DNA of 64,000 nucleotides from Gilvibacter sediminis (GTDB lineage Bacteria; Bacteroidota; Bacteroidia; Flavobacteriales; Flavobacteriaceae): NCBI RefSeq assembly GCF_028561565.1, contig NZ_JAQQTE010000001.1, positions 230,005 to 294,004 of the forward strand, read 5' to 3'. Shown piece by piece: positions 60,731 to 64,000 of this stretch (position 1 is its first letter; each line of letters starts with the position of its first letter). The notes under the pieces were generated by a model. It saw only the letters and a program-made list of their open reading frames with translations, ran no database searches and was not told where the DNA came from. The position numbers and the translations under genes were made by a program.

Positions 60731-61744
60731 TTATTCACCTTTAGTTGTTGCACTTTTTATTATTTCAATAATCTTGCTATTTGAATCTGAATCTCCATCA
60801 TTTTTCAAATATCCAGTTTGTTGGTTTGAAAATATGGAATGAGTAGTTTCAATTAAGACTGCATTTTTAGTTTGGTCATCAGCACTTGCAGCACTTGAAA
60901 AAGTCTCAAATGTACTTAATGCATTCTGTCGATGTTTATTCATAATTGCATTGTGTTTATGTGCTTTATAATTTCTATTAGTAATTGATAAGGCATAAAA
61001 TAAGGCCGTAAGTACAACAACCTTGGTAATTGTAAATTGTACTATTTCAGCGTTATCTTTAAATAACATTCCAAGAAATGCTAGTCCGATTGCAGAAACC
61101 ACTATTCCAATTAAAATCCACGTTGTATATACTAACCATATTTCCGATTTAGTTTCGTGAAATTCTGACTCTGCTTGAAATACTTTAGAGTGTTTTGAAA
61201 CTCCAACTTGTGTTGCAGCACTTTTTGCACTTTCGAGGATATCATTTAGTTCTTTAAGTTTTGCTTCGCTTACTAATTCTGTTTCTTTTTGTTGCTTTTC
61301 CAATTCCGTTATTAGTTGGTTCATTTTTGCACGTTCAACGGATAGGTCATTACTATTTAAAAGTCCAATTGATAGAATCGGAACAGAATGAGTATAGTAA
61401 TTATCGTATGTATTTTGAATGTTATTTATTAATCTTGTTCTCGCATTTGCAGCGTTATTAACTGTTGGATCAAAAGTTTTTACTTGGTCAAAATAAGTTA
61501 TTGCTTGATTTATTTGTGCGTTTACAGAGTTTAATAGACTGTATGGAACTTCTTGTAAGTTTACTTCCTTAACTCGCTTAAACAAGTCAATTATTTTAAT
61601 AAAATCTTCTTCAATTTCTTTAAAACTGAATTGAGTTCCGAGTTCTTCCTCACGAGTCAGTTCTTCAATTGAATAAGACACCATTTTTTCAAGTCTTTCA
61701 TTTACTTGCTTGAATACAGTGTCAAATTGTTCTTTTGTTGCCAT
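60731..61744 (-). CDS. Coiled-coil protein with central 2-TM hairpin (SLATT-like?), hypothetical
   Basis: About 190-aa helical/coiled-coil N-terminus, two adjacent TM helices (IWLVYTTWILIGIVVSAIGLAFLGML / VVVLTALFYALSI), hydrophilic tail. Confidence 0.5.
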   Translation of the reverse strand: MATKEQFDTVFKQVNERLEKMVSYSIEELTREEELGTQFSFKEIEEDFIKIIDLFKRVKEVNLQEVPYSLLNSVNAQINQAITYFDQVKTFDPTVNNAANARTRLINNIQNTYDNYYTHSVPILSIGLLNSNDLSVERAKMNQLITELEKQQKETELVSEAKLKELNDILESAKSAATQVGVSKHSKVFQAESEFHETKSEIWLVYTTWILIGIVVSAIGLAFLGMLFKDNAEIVQFTITKVVVLTALFYALSITNRNYKAHKHNAIMNKHRQNALSTFETFSSAASADDQTKNAVLIETTHSIFSNQQTGYLKNDGDSDSNSKIIEIIKSATTKGE

Positions 61745-62474
61745 TAGTACTTTTATTTATTATTTCTTTCAATTCAGAAACAGTGTAAGCAGGCTTTTTT
61801 TTGTGAAGCATAGCGTGACAATTCGGACAAACAGGAATTAAATCCGCTTTTGGATCAACCGAATATTCCTTGCCGATGGTTGAAATATCAATTATGTGAT
61901 GAACGTGAATAAAATTCTGTCCAAGTTCACCAAACTTTTCTTGAAAATTAAAATCACAAACTTGACAATTCAGTCCAAAATGTTCAATACACTCTTGCCT
62001 TGCAATTTGATTTCTCTCGTAACTATTTACTTTTACCACTCTTGTTTTTCCTTCCGAATATTGTTTGTGAGATTCAACTTCGTCTGGAAATACCGTATCC
62101 GCAAAAGTATCTTTTACCAGTTCATAGTATTTGTCATAAATTTTTCTGCCTTTTCTTACGGAAGCTCCTGAAGTCTCTTCGTAATATTCAATGTGTTGAT
62201 ATAATGCAAGAAGAGCTGTTTTCAGTGCGGTTATTCCGTTTTCGTTATGGATTCGGTCAAGATAGTAGTCAGTTGCGTAAGCGTTGATCGTTCTTGTATA
62301 TAGTTTTCCTTGAAGGAGTTTGGAGTAAGCATAAATATAATCAAATGCGGAACTCTTTTTAAGTCCAACGTCCGCCAAAATATTTGCTCCGTCAGAAACT
62401 GAAATTTCATTCAAATAGACTTTATTCGCAATTTCGTATGCCCTGTGGATTTGTTCATTCGTGTTTTTCGTCAT
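61722..62474 (-). CDS. HNH endonuclease with N-terminal helical domain
   Basis: C-terminal HNH: CQVCDF...HVHHII...CPNCHAMLH; 23-nt overlap with the downstream 2-TM gene. Confidence 0.8.
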   Translation of the reverse strand: MTKNTNEQIHRAYEIANKVYLNEISVSDGANILADVGLKKSSAFDYIYAYSKLLQGKLYTRTINAYATDYYLDRIHNENGITALKTALLALYQHIEYYEETSGASVRKGRKIYDKYYELVKDTFADTVFPDEVESHKQYSEGKTRVVKVNSYERNQIARQECIEHFGLNCQVCDFNFQEKFGELGQNFIHVHHIIDISTIGKEYSVDPKADLIPVCPNCHAMLHKKKPAYTVSELKEIINKSTNGNKRTI

Positions 62475-62541
62475 TCAGTATATCGTTTGGGTATAAATAG
62501 CAACAGGTTATATATGAGTTTGGAGTAAAATTAGAATTGAG

Positions 62542-63081
62542 TTACAGCGTCTTAAGTACCACTAAGAGTTCGGGAATCTTGTCAACTTGTGTTTCTGTCC
62601 AAAACGTGTAATTAGTGAACTCGCTATCATCGTAACTATTTAACTTGATAGTTAGTCTTCTCTTTTTTTCATAAACAAAATAGGATAGAGTCATTTCATT
62701 CGCCTTAAATATGAACTCTGATGACTTATCCTTGAACTTCAAATCTAGGTTTGGAATTACGTTATCCTCAATGAAAGAGATAAACTCGCTAATTTCCTCA
62801 TACGCAACCCATGCAGTTTTATAGACATCTGGTTTTTTTACATACATGTCTAATTGAAGAGCGACTCTTGTTTCTCCAGTTTTGAGATTTATTACTTCTA
62901 TTGGATAAAACTTTACATATTCTCCTATTCCGGATTTAAATTCTGCTGTTGTTGTCCAATCCTTATTTATTCTAGTAAACTGAGCTTCATCTATAAACTT
63001 TCTCGTCGATGATTCTATGTTTTGACTATAAGAATATCCGATCGATATCATTAGTATAAAGAGAAATATTAAATTTTTCAT
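62542..63081 (-). CDS. Small secreted hypothetical protein
   Basis: Signal peptide MKNLIFLFILMISIGYS; low GC. Confidence 0.45.
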   Translation of the reverse strand: MKNLIFLFILMISIGYSYSQNIESSTRKFIDEAQFTRINKDWTTTAEFKSGIGEYVKFYPIEVINLKTGETRVALQLDMYVKKPDVYKTAWVAYEEISEFISFIEDNVIPNLDLKFKDKSSEFIFKANEMTLSYFVYEKKRRLTIKLNSYDDSEFTNYTFWTETQVDKIPELLVVLKTL

Positions 63082-63091
63082 TAGTTCTATT

Positions 63092-63451
63092 TTAATTGAA
63101 ATTAGGTGCGCAATTCAAGGTTTCATTATATGGTTGTATATATTCCCAAAATGCTTTTCCTGCACTTTCGAGATAATTCATTGAATAATATAATTTGGTA
63201 CTTGAGCTTACTTGATAAATATATTCAGAACAGCTATATCCATTTCCTTTGAAGCAAACAATGGCAAAGTAATAACTGTTGTAGTCGATTGTTAAATCGT
63301 AAAAAGTAACCTTAGAAATAGCAGTGCTAGTATAACTATGATAAGTAGTTCCGTAACTTTTTGATTTTACATATTCCATTAACTCATCACAACTTTGAGA
63401 AAAAGAGTTTAATGAGATTAAAAGCATAGTCGTTAATAGTAAATATTTCAT
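63092..63451 (-). CDS. Small secreted Cys-containing hypothetical protein
   Basis: Signal peptide MKYLLLTTMLLISLNSFS; low GC; start trimmed to the internal Met. Confidence 0.45.
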   Translation of the reverse strand: MKYLLLTTMLLISLNSFSQSCDELMEYVKSKSYGTTYHSYTSTAISKVTFYDLTIDYNSYYFAIVCFKGNGYSCSEYIYQVSSSTKLYYSMNYLESAGKAFWEYIQPYNETLNCAPNFN

Positions 63452-63639
63452 GTACGATATTTTAAAAACCAAAAACTCCCCACCCTCAAATCGTCTAGAC
63501 TCAAGTGATGGGGAGTTTCTTGTCCACCTGTGAAGATAGCAAGAATATTAACAAGTGGTTCATTCATGGTTTAAAGATTGTTTTTTCTTTAGGTTTTTCT
63601 TTGCGGGATTCCGTAATCCATTCACGATTTATAAACGCG

Positions 63640-64000
63640 ACTCCGAACGAGGATTTTGAAAAACAAGCTGGCAGCGCGGGAAAAAAGCTGTGTGGAACAG
63701 CAGCGAGGCAAAGCTAAGCGCGAACTCCGCACAGCTGTGGCTGAGGGCAGCGTAGTTTTTCAAATCAGAGTGAGCATCGCTAGCGCTTTTTGCTACTTTT
63801 TGCCGCGATAGGAAAAATTGCGAAGTGATGTTTTGAAAAAACCAAAAGCCCAGTGGGCTTTTGAACGGAGTAGCCGCGGAAGCGGAAGGCAATCATTTAG
63901 ATGTCATCTCGATACATTGCTGAACGAAGTTTCATAGAAACCAAACATCCAGTGGATGTTTGAGTGAAGCACCTGCGCTAGCAGCAGGCCGATTCTATGT
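63640..64000. repeat. Copy 2 of the ~360-bp dispersed repeat (truncated by the window end)
   Basis: Same ends as 57655-58016 with a divergent ~80-nt core that contains a CCAAAAGCCCAGTGGGCTTTTG hairpin. Confidence 0.85.

Noticed and set aside
1-64000. CRISPR arrays, transposases, integrases, rRNA genes
   Set aside because: No short regular direct-repeat/spacer arrays, no DDE transposase or tyrosine/serine recombinase motifs, and no rRNA-like stretches were seen. The only repeats are the ~360-bp pair and the duplicated genes noted above.

Overview
This 64-kb window looks like a Bacteroidetes (Flavobacteriia-like) chromosome. The indicators are T9SS C-terminal sorting domains, TAnnTTTG -7 promoter boxes and a DUF1800/DUF1501 pair. 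Most of it is housekeeping or accessory genes. Transcription-repair factor mfd, methionyl-tRNA synthetase metG and RNA ligase rtcB are recognisable. So are mscL, msrA/msrB, an ergothioneine egtB/egtD pair, and a four-gene ligase-associated DNA damage response operon (exonuclease, ATP-dependent ligase, Lhr-like helicase, PdeM). There are M13 and M28 peptidases, a sodium:solute symporter, an ECF sigma/anti-sigma pair and a minus-strand tRNA array (Tyr, Asp, Gln, Phe) with adjacent tRNA-like fragments. The most interesting region is 57.6-64.0 kb. Two copies of a ~360-bp direct repeat, the second truncated by the window end, flank an AT-rich island carrying a minus-strand gene cluster. The cluster contains an HNH endonuclease translationally overlapped with a coiled-coil 2-TM protein, a single-HKD PLD-family nuclease and a NERD/zinc-ribbon protein. 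This is a candidate, possibly undescribed, anti-phage defence module. Other notable items are a lipoprotein that clearly belongs to the cholesterol-dependent-cytolysin-like (CDCL) pore-former family but lacks the undecapeptide, a Roadblock-like/Ras-like GTPase/hybrid histidine kinase module, an RtcB with an unrecognised translationally coupled partner, tandem membrane-anchored paralogs, and several long non-coding stretches bounded by terminators that may encode sRNAs. No transposase, integrase or CRISPR array was seen.
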